Positions 36,385 through 48,389 of a stretch of 64,000 nt of DNA are shown in pieces. Source of the stretch: Squalus acanthias. Lineage: Eukaryota. The stretch lies in assembly GCA_030390025.1 (NCBI GenBank), contig CM059433.1:28770001-28834000 (forward strand). The letters are read 5' to 3'. Every line of letters starts with the position of its first letter. Position 1 is the stretch's first letter. Both the position numbers and the translations under genes were made by a program. The notes below the pieces were generated by a model that saw only the letters and a program-made list of their open reading frames with translations, made no database searches and was not told where the DNA came from.

Positions 36385-37260
36385 GGCTCACCTCCTGACT
36401 TTCCAAAGCGTTTCCACCATCTACAATTCAGAAATCAGGATTTGATGGATCCACTTGCCTCGGTGGGTGCAGCTGCAACAACACTAAAGAAGCTCGACAC
36501 CATCCAGGACAAAGCAGCCCATTTGATTGGCTGAGGCATGTTTTCGGGGCAGAGTTGAGAGGAGCAGTTTTGTACAGCTGACTGTCCTATATCTGAGTTG
36601 AGAGCAGTTGACACCAATACCGACTCCCTAAAGTGGCAATTTCCTCCGTTTCCATTCTCTGACTCCATTCCCTGCACATCATCCAGGACAAAGCAGCCCG
36701 CTTGATCGGCACCCCATCCACCACCTTAAACATTCACTCCCTCCACCATCGGTGTACCGTGGCTGCAGTGTGTACCATCTAGAAGATGCACTGCAGCAAC
36801 TCACCAAGGCTTCTTCGACAGCACCTCCCAAACCCGCGACCTCTTCCACCTAGAAGGACAAGGGCAGCAGGTGCATGGGAACACCACCACCTCCAAGTTC
36901 CTCTCCAAGTCACACATCATCCTGACTTGGACATATATCGCCGATCCTTCATTGTCGCTGGGTCAAAATCCTGGAACTCCCTCCCTAACAGTACTATGGG
37001 AGTACCTTCACCACACGGACTAATAGATTTTTGTTAGGCAAGGGTATTAAGGGTTACGAAACCAAGGCGGATAGATAAAAAATAGATCAACCATGATCTA
37101 AATGAATGACGGAACAGGCTCGAGGAGCTGAATGGCCTACTCCTGCGGTTGTGTCCCTATGACAGCAGCGGTTCAAGAAGGCACCCCACCACCTTCGAGG
37201 GCAACAAGGGATGGGCAATAAATGCCGACCTTGCCAGCGATGCCCATATCCTGAGAATGA
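36385..37260 (+). mobile_element. Composite: LINE fragment, ~150-bp shared head, and LINE 3' end; CR1 tail inserted at about 37021-37160
   Basis: ORF MHCSNSPRLLRQHLPNPRP...SWNSLP. The head at 36529-36679 is also found at 52641-52775. Confidence 0.8.
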
Positions 37261-38194
37261 AAAATACCGATTAAACAGTTTTCTTTTTCTCCAATCCTCT
37301 GAGTTTGCAATATTTACAGAAGCCAGATCACAGGGTTTCCTTCAGCTGCTTTGCTGCTGCTGTTGTCACTGAAGCATGATATAAATGACTGCCAGCAGAA
37401 TCTAATTATCAGCTGTATTGAAACATTTTTCTGTCTCTTTTGGCAGGTTGATTTGAAATGTAAATTCTATCATTGCAACGTGTACTTTAACAATGGAAAA
37501 CCTTATTACCTTGCTTTTCACTTCATCAAATATCAACCTTGTCTGCACATTAAGATTGTTCCTTGAAGGTCTTCTACTTCAAATTCTACCATTACCTTCC
37601 TAGTAATTACAACATAATTGCTTCCCACCACCGCCCCCCTCCCCCGCCGCCCCATTTGCAGTTCCCGGCTCTGTAGGCAATGAGCAAGTTGAAATGACCA
37701 GACTCACCAGTTCTCCTATAGTTACAATCTCTATCGCCCTTGCCCAAGGGCCCACTTGCTTGTTTTGGCTGAGTCCTTAATTCTGCCCATTTCTCTTGTT
37801 TTCTTACACTGGATAAGGAGAATGGAAGTGGGGCAAGCGGTTTGGAGATTCATAGGGCCGGGGTTTGCGCGAGGGCAATGAACAATTTCTCTGTGCAAAG
37901 CAGAGGAGCGAGTGGGAAGAGACTTTTCATACTGGATCTCCACTCCTTTTACGTTGCCCGGGGATTTCCTAGGGACCGCTCCCCTTGCCGAGAAGGAGGA
38001 AGTGCTGTTACACTTTGGCCCCCTCCCACGCTCGTCTCCCATCCTCCTCCCCCGCACCCAGACACCATCTGCTGGACGGATCAGTGTGGGACCCCAGCTG
38101 ATTCCCCTGTCTTCTCGCCACGTGGTGGGATTTAAAGGAGGCCCGAATCCAAATACAGCTCAGGTCTCCTGATGCCAGCTATAGGTGGGCACCA

Positions 38195-39570
38195 CTGCTC
38201 CTCCACAACCCTCTGGGGTAGAGAATTCCAAAGATTCAGCACCCTCTGAGTGAAGAAATTTCTCCTCATCTCAGTCCTAAATGGCCAACCTCTTATTCTG
38301 AGACTGTGACCCCTGGTTCTAGACTCCCCAGCCAGGGGAAACATCCTTCCTGCATCTACCCTGTCAAGCCCTGTAAGAATTTTGTATGTTTCAATGAGCT
38401 CACCTCTCATTCTTCTAAACTCTAGAGAATATAGGCCTAGTCTACTCAATCTGTCCTCATAGGAGAATCCCCCGATCCCAGGTATCAGTCTGGTGAACCT
38501 TCGTTGCACTCCCTCTATGGCTAGTATATCCTTCCTTAGGTAAGGAGACCAAAACTTTACACAATACTCCAGGTGTGGTGTCACCAGGGCCCTATATAAT
38601 TGCAGTAAGATGTCTTTACTTTTATACTCAAATCCTCCAAATAAAGGCCAACATATCATTTGCTATCCTAATTGCTTGCTGTACCTGCATGTTAACTTTC
38701 AGTGATTCATGTACAAGGACACACAGGTCCCTCTGAACACCAACATTTCTCAATCTCTCACCATTTAAAAAATACTCTGCTTTTCTATTTTTCCTACCAA
38801 AGTGGATAACTTCACATTTCTCCACATTTTATTCCATTTGCCATGTTCTTGCCCACTCACTTAGCCTGTCTATATCCCCTTGAAGCCTCTTTGCATTCTT
38901 CTCATCTCTTCCCTGACTGCCCTCCATTGCTCCATTACTGCTTTACCCTGCAATCGCCTTTTCCAATCTACCTGTGCTAGGTCCGTTTTTAAATCACTGA
39001 AATTAGCTCTTCCCCAGTTGAGCATTTTTACCGTCGATATTTTCTGGTCTCTTTCCACAATTACTTTAAACTGAATTATGTTGTGGTCACTGTTCGCTAG
39101 ATGATCTCCTACTGTAACACACTCCACTTGTCCTACTTCATTTCCCAGAACCAGATCCAACACTGCTTCCTTCCTTGTCGGACTGGAGACATATTGATCG
39201 AAAATGTTCTCCCGTACACATCAGAAATTCCTCTCCTTCCCTCCCCTTAGCACTATGTTTTTCTCAGTCTATATTAGGATAATTAAAGTCTCCTAATATT
39301 ACTTCTCTATTTTTGTTACACGCCTTTGATATTTGCCAACAAACTTACTCATCTATCTCCTTCTCACTGTTTGGAGCTCTATAAAATACTCCCAACAATG
39401 TAACAGCTCCCTCTCTGTTCCTCAACTCAAGCCAATTAGTATTTAGTATATTCTTTCTATTTAGAACTGTAACATCATCCTTAATCAATACTGCCACGCC
39501 CCCTCCTCTTTTTCCTGCTCTATCATTCCTGAATACTTGGTAAGCAGGAATATTAAGAATCCATTCCATG
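38195..39570 (-). mobile_element. Internally deleted CR1 LINE (endonuclease region joined to RT C-terminus)
   Basis: APE motifs (YQVFRNDRAGKRGGGVAVLIK, LGVFYRAPNS, LDLVLGN, SDHN) run directly into KCEVIHFGRKN and [15 protein letters not shown]. The RT core is missing. Confidence 0.9.
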
Positions 39571-39587
39571 CGTGTTGAGAATCCTGA

Positions 39588-40248
39588 GTGTGCGTGCGTG
39601 GTTTGTGTACGTGCGTGGTTTGAGTGCGTGCGTGGTTTGGGTGTGTGCGTGATTTGGGTGCGTGCGTGATTTGGGTGTGTGCGTGGTTTGGGTGCGTGCG
39701 TGGTTTGGGTCCGTGCGTGATTTGAGTGCGTGCGTGGTTTGGGTGCGTGCGTAATTTGGGTGCGTGCGTGGTTTGTGTGCGTGCGTGGTTTGTGTGCGTG
39801 CATAATTTGGGTGCGTGCGTGGTTTGGGTGCGTGCGTGGTTTGGGTGCGTGCGTGGTTTGAGTGCGTGCGTGGTTTGGGTGCGTGCGTAATTTGGGTGCG
39901 TGCGTGGTTTGTGTGCGTGCGTAATTTGGGTGCATGCGTGGTTTGTGTGCGTGCGTGGTTTGTGTGCGTGCGTAATTTGTGTGCGTGCGTGGTTTGTGCG
40001 CGCGCGTGGTTTGTGTGCGTGCGTGGTTTGTGTGCGTGCGTGGTTTGGGTGCGTGCGTGGTTTGGGTGCATGCGTGGTTTGTGTGCGTGCGTGGTTTGGG
40101 TGCGTGCGTAATTTGGGTGCGTGCGTGGTTTGGGTGCGTGCGTGGTTTGGGTGCGTGCGTGGTTTGGGTGCGTGCGTGGTTTGGGTGCGTGCGTGGTTTG
40201 GGTGCGTGCGTGGTTTGGGTGCGTGCGTGGTTTGGGTGCGTGCGTGCT
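39588..40248. repeat. 17-bp minisatellite (GTGCGTGCGTGGTTTGG)n
   Basis: Directly visible; explains the periodic ORFs at 39345-40410. Confidence 0.95.
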
Positions 40249-41019
40249 AGGTGGTTTTATTGACAGGGTTACTGGTGAATCATTGAATGGGGAAGAAGTC
40301 AGAGGGACAGACCCCCACTTTCTGTGACCAAGAATTAACGAAGAGAAGAGAAAAAAAGATAACATATTTGGAGTTAGTTTAGTCGGAAAGGTCTGCTGAG
40401 GGAAAGACAAGAAAGATCGATTCAGTGCTGTTCAAGCCGGTGTAAAAGATGGTCAGTTTCAACCAAAAGCCTAATATTAGTCACCCCGCTAACTCAGGTC
40501 AAGGCAATGTGGTTCATTATTTTTCTTATTCACGAGCAATAGTTTGAAGCCAAGTGAATTAAGTGGAATTTGATTATAACTCTATGCTCAATTGCTGTCT
40601 GTAAAATAAAGCAACCTCTTCTCATACCAAAAGATTGCAGATACGCATGCAACATATACAAAAACACAATATCCAGTTCAGATCATAAGGAGATATTACT
40701 ATTAGACCCCAGATTATGGTATTGCATGATTAGATACTGGGCAGTACGGATGCACTCCTGAACATAAGTGGTAGGGACCATTTACTGAAGTGTATCGTGC
40801 CACTTAAAACCGACAGAAGATCTAAGACACACCCAAGAGCTGTAACAGGTCTACTGTAGAAATAACTTTCTCCACTCTTTTCTCTCTTTTCTTGTGTGTG
40901 CCATAGTGTGTTTCCATGCATGCCAGCTGACCTCTGGTACCTTGTCAAGGAAGCCATGACATCACGCAAGTTTAGACAGTGAATGGTAACTTTCGATTCA
41001 AGGCCATCCCAGCCGAGTG

Positions 41020-41197
41020 CGGTCCTGGCTTCACACATGTAAATGCTTTTTGTGTTCACGTGTGCAAATGTTCCTGGCCTTCACACGTATAAATGCTCCT
41101 GGTGTTCACACATGTACATGTTCCTGGCGTTCACACATGTACATGTTCCTGGTGTTCACACATGTACATGTTCCTGGCTTCACACGTGTAAATGTTC
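41020..41197. repeat. About 25-bp tandem repeat (GTTCCTGGTGTTCACACATGTACAT)
   Basis: About seven imperfect units. Confidence 0.85.
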
Positions 41198-41199
41198 TA

Positions 41200-41400
41200 A
41201 CAGTGGTACTTGGAAACGATCAAGAACAGGTACCCAGGCTGACTTCTTAGTCCAGGGGCATTGAACCCAATAATAATGGCTTACTAAATCCCTGCTGAAA
41301 TCAGCTAATTCGGGATAGACCAGGGATCAAACCTACCTTACCTGTAGGGTGGAGTTCCACAATGGGCAGCAAACTTACTTAACCACTGAACCATGTGGGT
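41200..41400 (-). mobile_element. Ancient tRNA-headed SINE remnant
   Basis: Minus strand: A-box-like TGGTTCAGTGGTTAAG and B-box-like GGTTTGATCCC, then GAATTAGCTGATTTCAGC. Confidence 0.45.
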
Positions 41401-41468
41401 GCTCTGACACATTTGTTTTTAATACTGCATCATCCTACATCAGATCTTTGCTACCTCTGGGTACTTAC

Positions 41469-41655
41469 ATATTCATCATAAGTATCTTCTTCTGGTGGAG
41501 GTGGAGGTCGATAGCCTGGCGCCCCTGGTCCTCCCCTTCCGCGTGGTGCTGGAGTACTCCTAGCTGCATGGGGCAGAGGGGGTGCCCCGCGTGCGACTGG
41601 TGTCCCTCTGGGCACTGGAATTCCGCGTCCTGGAAGCAGAGCACTGGCACGTCCC
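41469..41655 (-). CDS. KHDRBS2: KHDRBS2 internal coding exon (Pro/RG-rich region up to the start of the Tyr-rich tail; equivalent to exon 6)
   Basis: Acceptor tgttcttttag|G, donor TAT|gtaagt, 187 nt. Completes the AG|G Arg codon from the previous exon. Encodes GRASALLPGRGIPVPRGTPVARGAPPLPHAARSTPAPRGRGGPGAPGYRPPPPPEEDTYDEY, similar to KHDRBS2 ...PGRGVLTPRG...PGYRAPPPPAHEAYEEY. Lies within ORF 41451..41798. Confidence 0.94.
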
Positions 41656-41791
41656 CTAAAAGAACACAGAACAATGACACTTAAAAAAAATTCATTCTCG
41701 GGATGTAGGCGTCGCTGGTGAGGTTGGCATTTATTGCCCATTTCTGGTTGCCCTGAGCAGGTGGTGGTGGGCCTTCTTCTTGAACCACTGG

Positions 41792-42403
41792 TACACACTC
41801 ACACATATACACACACATATACACACTCACACATATACACACTCACACATACGCTCACACATTGACATACTCACACATATACACACTCACATACACACTC
41901 ACACATATACACACACACTCACACATACGCTCACAGACATACTCACACATATACACTCACACATATACACACTCACACATATACACACACATATACACAC
42001 ACTCACACATATGCTCACACAGACATACTCACACATATACACACTCACACATACACACTCACACATATACACACTCACATATACACACACACATATACAC
42101 GCTCACACATATACACACTTACACAGACATACTCACACATATACACACACACATATGCTCACACAGACATACTCACACATATACACACTCACACATACAC
42201 ACTCACACATATACACACTCACATACACACTCACACATATACACACACACATATACACTCACACATATACACACACACATATACACTCACTCACACATAC
42301 GCTCACACATATACACTCATATACACATACATATACACACTTACACATAGACATACTCACACATATACTCACTCACACATACACTAACACATATACACAC
42401 ATC
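41792..42403. repeat. Compound (CA/TA/CT) microsatellite in the KHDRBS2 intron
   Basis: ACACATATACACACTC-type low-complexity array. Confidence 0.95.
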
Positions 42404-42559
42404 TAATTGAAGCATGCAGGAAAGCGTTTATTGTTTCAGTGGCAGTGCAAAATTGGATGCCAGATGTCAAACAAATGGTATGTGGCTATATGTAAAAAAA
42501 AAACACATTTTCTCATCTCTTCATCTTGATAAACTTCTGAACTAATTTTTCTCGACCTA

Positions 42560-44085
42560 TTGATAGATTATTCCAGTTTGACAGATTGGGGAGGACCAGG
42601 GGACGCGAGTTTAAATTATGTAAGAGTAGGAATAGACTGGATGTTGGGCAGTTCTTCTGTTCCCAGAGAGCAGTGAGCCTCTGGAATGTGTTGGCAGCTG
42701 GTGTGGTGGGTGCTGACTCTCTGTAAACCTTCAAGAGGGAGCTGGACCGGTTCCTGACTGGGGCAGAGATCACATCATACAGAAGGTAAGGGGATTAAGT
42801 GATAACGTGCGCAGGTTCAATGTGATCTCCAGGACTGGTTTTGATCTCCTGAGGGGCTCAGAGAGGAATTTCCCAGATTTTTTTTCCCTTATTGGTATTT
42901 CCCCCCCTTTTTTTTTGCCACTCCCAGAAGATTACATGGGTGCGGGGGGTGGGGGCAGGCAGGCAGGGGGCGGTGGGGAGGAAGTATCTAGTCATGATGC
43001 TCAGTCACCATGGGTGCGGGGGGTGGGGGGCAGGCAGGGGGCGGTGGGAAGGAAGTATCTAGTCATGATGCTCAGTCACCATGGGTGTGGGGCAGGCTTG
43101 ATGGACCAGCTGGTCTTTTCCTGCCCGTCAGTGCTCCATGTTCGTATGTTCTGGCTGTTAAGTTGCTTTAAAAACCGATCTCTGCTTGTGGCAAACAATT
43201 GAAATCTCACGCTATACCCTCAGGGAGCAAGCACTATGGAAAAGAGAGCTGCTACATCTCGGGCTTTAGCTTTCTACTGTGACCTTTACTGAGATGAAAG
43301 TGTGATTTAAGCTTGCTGCGGGCCCTAATGCTTTGTTTGCTCTAGCATTGGATTTGAGAAAAAAAAAACCACTCTTTTCAATCTGTGCAAAGAAAATCCA
43401 TCTCGGCAACGTCAGGCTGAAACTAAATGGCAAACTGGCCACGTGAACAGCAGCACGAGTTTGACACAGAGTCAATAACCTTCTGCCTTTGGGCTCCCGC
43501 CGGGGAACCTCTTCCATCGGGAGTCAGTATCGACAATTCGACCGCGCGTGATTTAACGGCTGTTAAAACGGTTGGATAATCGGGCGCAGCAAGTGCTTAA
43601 ATTTCCAATATTTGCTTCTGGTGACTGAGGCTGCCCACCAATCTTTATAGATGGCACTTGGGTCATTGTGATCTCCTGGGCTGGTTTCCATAGCCTGAGA
43701 GGGTCGGAGAGGAATTTTACAGAGTGTTTTTTCACCTTATTGGCCCTGGGTTTTTTTTCTCTGTTTCCTTTTGGCTCTCCCAGGAGGGTACATGGCTGCA
43801 GGTGGAGTGGGTGGGCAGGGGAGGAAGTATCTGGTCATGGTGCTCCGGCCATCATGATTGTGGGGCAGGCTTGATGGACAAGATGGTCTTTTCCTGCCCG
43901 TCATTTTTGGAAGCACATCATAAAGAAGAGCGAACTTGAATTACATAGCGCCTTTCGTGACCTCAGGGGTGGGAGGGAGGTAGGGGAGGAACGAAGAAGC
44001 ATCGAGTCATGATGCTTCCGCCATCAGGAGTGTGGGGCAGGGTTGAGGGCCCAGCTGGTCTTTTCCTGCCCGTCAGTTTCCCGTG
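42560..44085 (+). mobile_element. Three progressively truncated copies of a CR1 3' end with a long 3' UTR (about 42560-43150, 43640-43910, 43965-44085)
   Basis: SQRAVSLWN...FKRELDRFL in the first copy. All three share the terminus GTGGGGCAGG...GGTCTTTTCCTGCCCGTCA. Confidence 0.75.
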
Positions 44086-44107
44086 TAACTGCCCCTGGCG
44101 AGTTTAC

Positions 44108-44235
44108 CTCGCCGTTGGCGTGAGGGGAGATCGGATTCCTCGTCCACGTGTTCCCCGCCCTCGACTGGAATCCTCTGAACCGTTCAGGTACGACAGCTCC
44201 CTCAACTGCTCCTGGCGGATTTCATCGTTGTAGTC
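44108..44235 (-). CDS. KHDRBS2: KHDRBS2 (SLM-1) internal coding exon (QUA2 end and first RG-rich segment; equivalent to vertebrate exon 5)
   Basis: Minus strand: polypyrimidine acceptor ctttcttttcgcag|GAC, donor GCGAG|gtaaac. 128 nt encoding DYNDEIRQEQLRELSYLNGSEDSSRGRGTRGRGIRSPLTPTA(R). This closely matches KHDRBS2 DYNDEIRQEQLRELSYLNGSEDSGRGRGIRGRGIR as I recall it. Absent from the ORF track. Confidence 0.96.
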
Positions 44236-44539
44236 CTGCGAAAAGAAAGGAGACTTTCATTTCCATCATTTGGCATTCACCTTGTTTCTTGTCAGTTTAG
44301 TTCTTTCAGCAGTTTTAGCAACAGATGTCATTTAGGTTCAGGTATCTCTCAGAGGATACAGCTGAATTTTTTTTAAATGAGCCTTTCGCAACAGCATAAT
44401 TTCCTTCGTGCGTTTCCAATTAAAAAATACCTTAGCAATAACATCAAACAATTAAGCTCTCATTGGTATGTTTAAAGACATCATCAAGGCTAATGCACTA
44501 ACGATAAACTGTACCATATTGATAAACACATAACAGAAT

Positions 44540-44860
44540 TACATAGAATTTACAGCACAGAAGTAGGCCATTCGGCCCATCAGGTCTGTGCTGGTGTTTA
44601 TGCTCCACACGAGCCTCCTCCCACCCTACTTCATCTAACTCTATCAGCATATCCCTCTATTCCTTTCTCCCTCATGTGTTTATCTAGTTTCCCCTTGAAT
44701 GCATCTATGCTATTCACCTCAACTACTCCTTGTGGTAGCACGTTCCACATTCTACCCACTCTCTGGGTAAAGAGGATTCTTCTGAATTCTTTATTCAATT
44801 ATTTAGTGACTATATTATATTGATGGCCCTAGTTTAGCACTCTCCCATAAATGGAAAAAT
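44540..44860 (-). mobile_element. CR1 LINE 3' end
   Basis: Same tail family as 11940, 19497 and 26530. Confidence 0.8.
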
Positions 44861-44892
44861 CTTTACTAGAATGGTACCAGGGATGTGGTTAA

Positions 44893-45340
44893 AGAAAGAA
44901 AGAACGACTTGCATTGATATAGCGCCTTTCACGACCACCAGACGTCCCAAAGCGCTTTACAGCCAATTAAGTACTTTTTGAAGTATAGTCACTGTTGTAA
45001 TGTAGGAAACGCGGCAGCCAATTTGCGCACAGCAAGCTCCCACGAACAGCAATGTGATAATGACCAGATAATTTGTGTTTTTAGTGATGTTGATTGAGAG
45101 ATAAATATTGGCCAGGACACTGGGGATAACTCCCCTGCTCTTCTTCGAAATGGTGACATGGGATCTTTTACGTCCACCTGAGAGAGCAGACGGGGCCTCA
45201 GTTTAACGTCTCATCTGAAAGACAGCACCTCCGACAGTGCAGCACTCCTTCAGTACTGCAGTAAGTCTCTGGAGTGGGACTTGAGCCCACAACCTTCTGA
45301 CCCAGAGGCAAGAGTGCTACCATTGAGCCACAGCTGACAC
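44893..45340 (-). mobile_element. SacSINE1-like SINE
   Basis: Near-complete reverse-complement copy. Confidence 0.9.
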
Positions 45341-45469
45341 TAGGAAGATTTAATAGCGGTGTTCAAAATTATGAAGGGTTTTGATAGAGTAAATAAGGAG
45401 AAACTGTTTCCACTGACAGGATGGTTGGTAACCAGAGGTCACAGATTTAAGGTAACTGGCAAAGAACTA

Positions 45470-46164
45470 GGGCTAGAAATTCAGTGCATTTGCGCCTCTT
45501 GTTAGCGGCCTCCGGGGGCGCAAACAACTTTTCACCCGGGCGTGGCACCACTAACGACTCACGCTAAATTCAGCGGGAATTTAGCGGCGGCGGTAACCGG
45601 TAGCGCCCCGCTCCTTTCCGCAGGCGATGACGACGTCATCACCGTGCGCAGCGCCCTGTTTTTGCAACCTGCAAAATTGGCCCACGCCCCCTGAATCTGC
45701 GTGGGGCGATGACAGCGACCGATTCAGGGGGCAGGAACAGAGAAGCAGCAGGCTCTCGGCGCGCGAAGTAAAGGGGAGGTGGCGGGCGGGGACAAAAAAA
45801 ATCGGCCAACTTACTTGTCACGGCCCGTTGTGTCTTTGAACGCGGGGTCCGTGCCGCGATCTGGAAGCACGGCATGCCTCTTGTGTGCCGGGCTGCTGGT
45901 ACAGCACCCCGCTCCCCGGTGGTCCAGGTAGGTCCCGCAGAGTTGTGGGCTTGGCCCCTCCTCTTTAATGAGGGGAGGAGCCCTTCCATGTGGCACCGCC
46001 CCGATATTCAGGGTTAGCGCTCTCAGAAGGAAGTGGAGCGCTTGAATTAGTGCTCCACCTCCATCTTGGGGCGTTAAAAGTGAAGTTAGCAATCGCTGGC
46101 GCTATTTTTTGCCGGGCGCGGCGATGTTAGTGACCCAAAATGGTTGCTAACAAATTTGTCCCCC
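45470..46164. mobile_element. GC-rich Harbinger-type MITE inserted into a CR1 fragment
   Basis: Termini GGGCTAGAAATT ... AATTTGTCCCCC with TSD CTA/CTA. Same left terminus as the element at 23759. CR1 sequence (GGCAAAGAACTA|GAGGCAAGATGAG) rejoins across it. Confidence 0.85.
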
Positions 46165-46529
46165 CTAGAGGCAAGATGAGAAGAAATGTTTTGAAAGAGC
46201 TATCTAATTAGTCCCACTCCCCTGCTCTTTGCCTATAGCCCTGCAACATTTTTCCTTTTCAAGTATTTATCCAATTTCCTTTTGAAAGTTACTATTGAAT
46301 CTGCTTCCACCGCCCTTTCAGGGAGTGTATTCCAGATCACAACAACTCGCTGCATAAAAAAAAACCTCATCTCCCCCTCTGGTTCTTTTGTCAATTATAT
46401 TAAATCTGTGTCCTCTGGTTACCGACCCTCCTGCCAGTGGAAAAAGTTAATAAATTAGCCTACTTAAATTAAAAGTTTTTTCCCTTAAATATTTTAGAGG
46501 AACAGGAGTCAGAGGAGTTTTTTTTATGC

Positions 46530-46828
46530 ATTCACAGGATGCGGGCTTCTCTGGTGAGGCCAGCATTTATTGCCCATCCCTAGTTGCCCTTGAGAAGGTG
46601 GTGGTGAGCTGCCTTCTTGAACCGCTGCAGTCCGTGTGGTGAAGATACCCCCACAGTGCTGTTAGGGAGGGAGTTCCAGGATTTTGACCCAGCGACGATG
46701 AAGGATCGGCGATATATTTCCAAGTCAGGATGGTGTGTGACTTGGAGGGGAACTTGGAGGTGATAGTGTTCCCATGCGCCTGCTGGCCTTGTCCTTCTAG
46801 GCGGTAGAGGTCGCACGTTTGGGAGGTT
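46530..46828 (-). mobile_element. CR1-group LINE 3' end (HHHLLKGN family)
   Basis: C-terminal half of ORF 46580..46930. Confidence 0.88.
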
Positions 46829-48389
46829 TGAAGAAGAGAAAAACAATCTGTAAATAGGAGTATTACATTTTGTTCCAGAACGAAGCAGAGGAGTCCCAAG
46901 TTGTGCCAATTCAAATAAGTATGGTGACATAAGTATGTGTAAGATATTCGATTAAAGTTAAGAAAGTAACTAGTGATGAACCAGGAAAGAAGATTACACA
47001 CAAGTCTCTGAAGATGTGCATGCCAGAGCCAAAGTACTGTAGAGGAAGACAGAAATATTTTGAAATAGCAATTAAACTGGTGAGGAGGTCTAGAGATAAA
47101 ACTCCGTGTCCTTTCCCACGCACTCTTGTTGCAGGTTGAGCAGGAATGCAGTGGAAGGTTTGCAGACTAGGCTGGGACTGAGATGGGCGGGATCCCCAAC
47201 CTTCACGCCAAGTTTCCAAATGGCCTTGTAAGGGGTGAATGGAGGCTTAATCTCTTCCAGGCCCAGTGATGCGGGCGGGGTCTTCCTGTGTTGGGAGTTC
47301 CCATGACAACGGCCTCTCCGAAGCCTGGTGTAGCAGGTGGTTGGTTCACCCGGTGAGGAAGGGCAGACTGACCATTATTCCAGGGGAAGTTGGACATGGC
47401 TTGGACCCCAGCTATTATTGGCCCCTTTATAAAGGAGGCCGCAAGGGGGCCACAAAATCTTATGCCCGGGAGGGGATGGGCAAGAGGTTCGGTCACCCCT
47501 ATCCTCCCCACCCGGACAGTAGAAGACTGTGTGGGCTGCCCGATGCCTAAGTTGTGGCCTTATTTGGCATGTGTGCCCACTGACAATATTGGTGACCACC
47601 TACTAACCCTGCGTATTCTAGCAGGGCCAACAGTGGGAATAATAACTTGCAGTATATAGACTTTTCAACGTAGTAAAACGTCTCAAGGTGCTTCACAGGA
47701 GCGTAATCAGGAAGGATCCCAGCTCTTTTGCTGGGATTGCGTTGCCGAAGATTTTGGGGGCTCATATGTCTTACTAACATTGTCCAAGATATAGATGAGA
47801 GAGAGAGAGCACGTTTGCTAACTGTTACTTGGTTGCATTAACTGAAAAGGCCTAACTCTAAGACATGGTGGCAGAGTGAGAGAATCCCCGAAAAAATTCC
47901 CAGCAAGTGTATCAATGGAAATGAACGAGTGGAGAATAAAGTGCCAGATACCATACAGAGTACAAATTCAAATGCTTTTCCGGCAGAAAGACATACATAT
48001 TACATATATGATTATCCCTAAAACAGATGAAATGCCTTAAATGAGTTCCAACAAAGACATAACTAGTTTGTGGAGCAATGGGCTACTTAGGTCAGGATTT
48101 CTCCCACTTCCAGGTAGAAGCAGGGATTTACACCTTTATGAAACACAGCCTGTTCAATCATTCATTCGTCAGGCAACTAAAGCTGGACATGAAAAATACA
48201 TTTTATACAAAACGGATTACACTTTTAAAATGCATCGCTGTCTCTCGGTGACATTCAGCAGAGGATAAAATTTACAATTCCTTCTACGCCACCGTAGAAG
48301 GAAGCAAAGGATGGTAAAAGAGGGTAGCTGAAAGTACATCACCACCCTACCCCAAGCACCACAAGAGTACAGACTCGATCCAATGGAAC

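Noticed and set aside
39345..40410. His/Thr/Arg-rich and Cys/Val-rich ORFs
   Set aside because: Translations of a 17-bp minisatellite abutting a CR1 fragment.
41780..42406. 208-aa His/Thr-rich ORF
   Set aside because: Translation of a CA/TA microsatellite.
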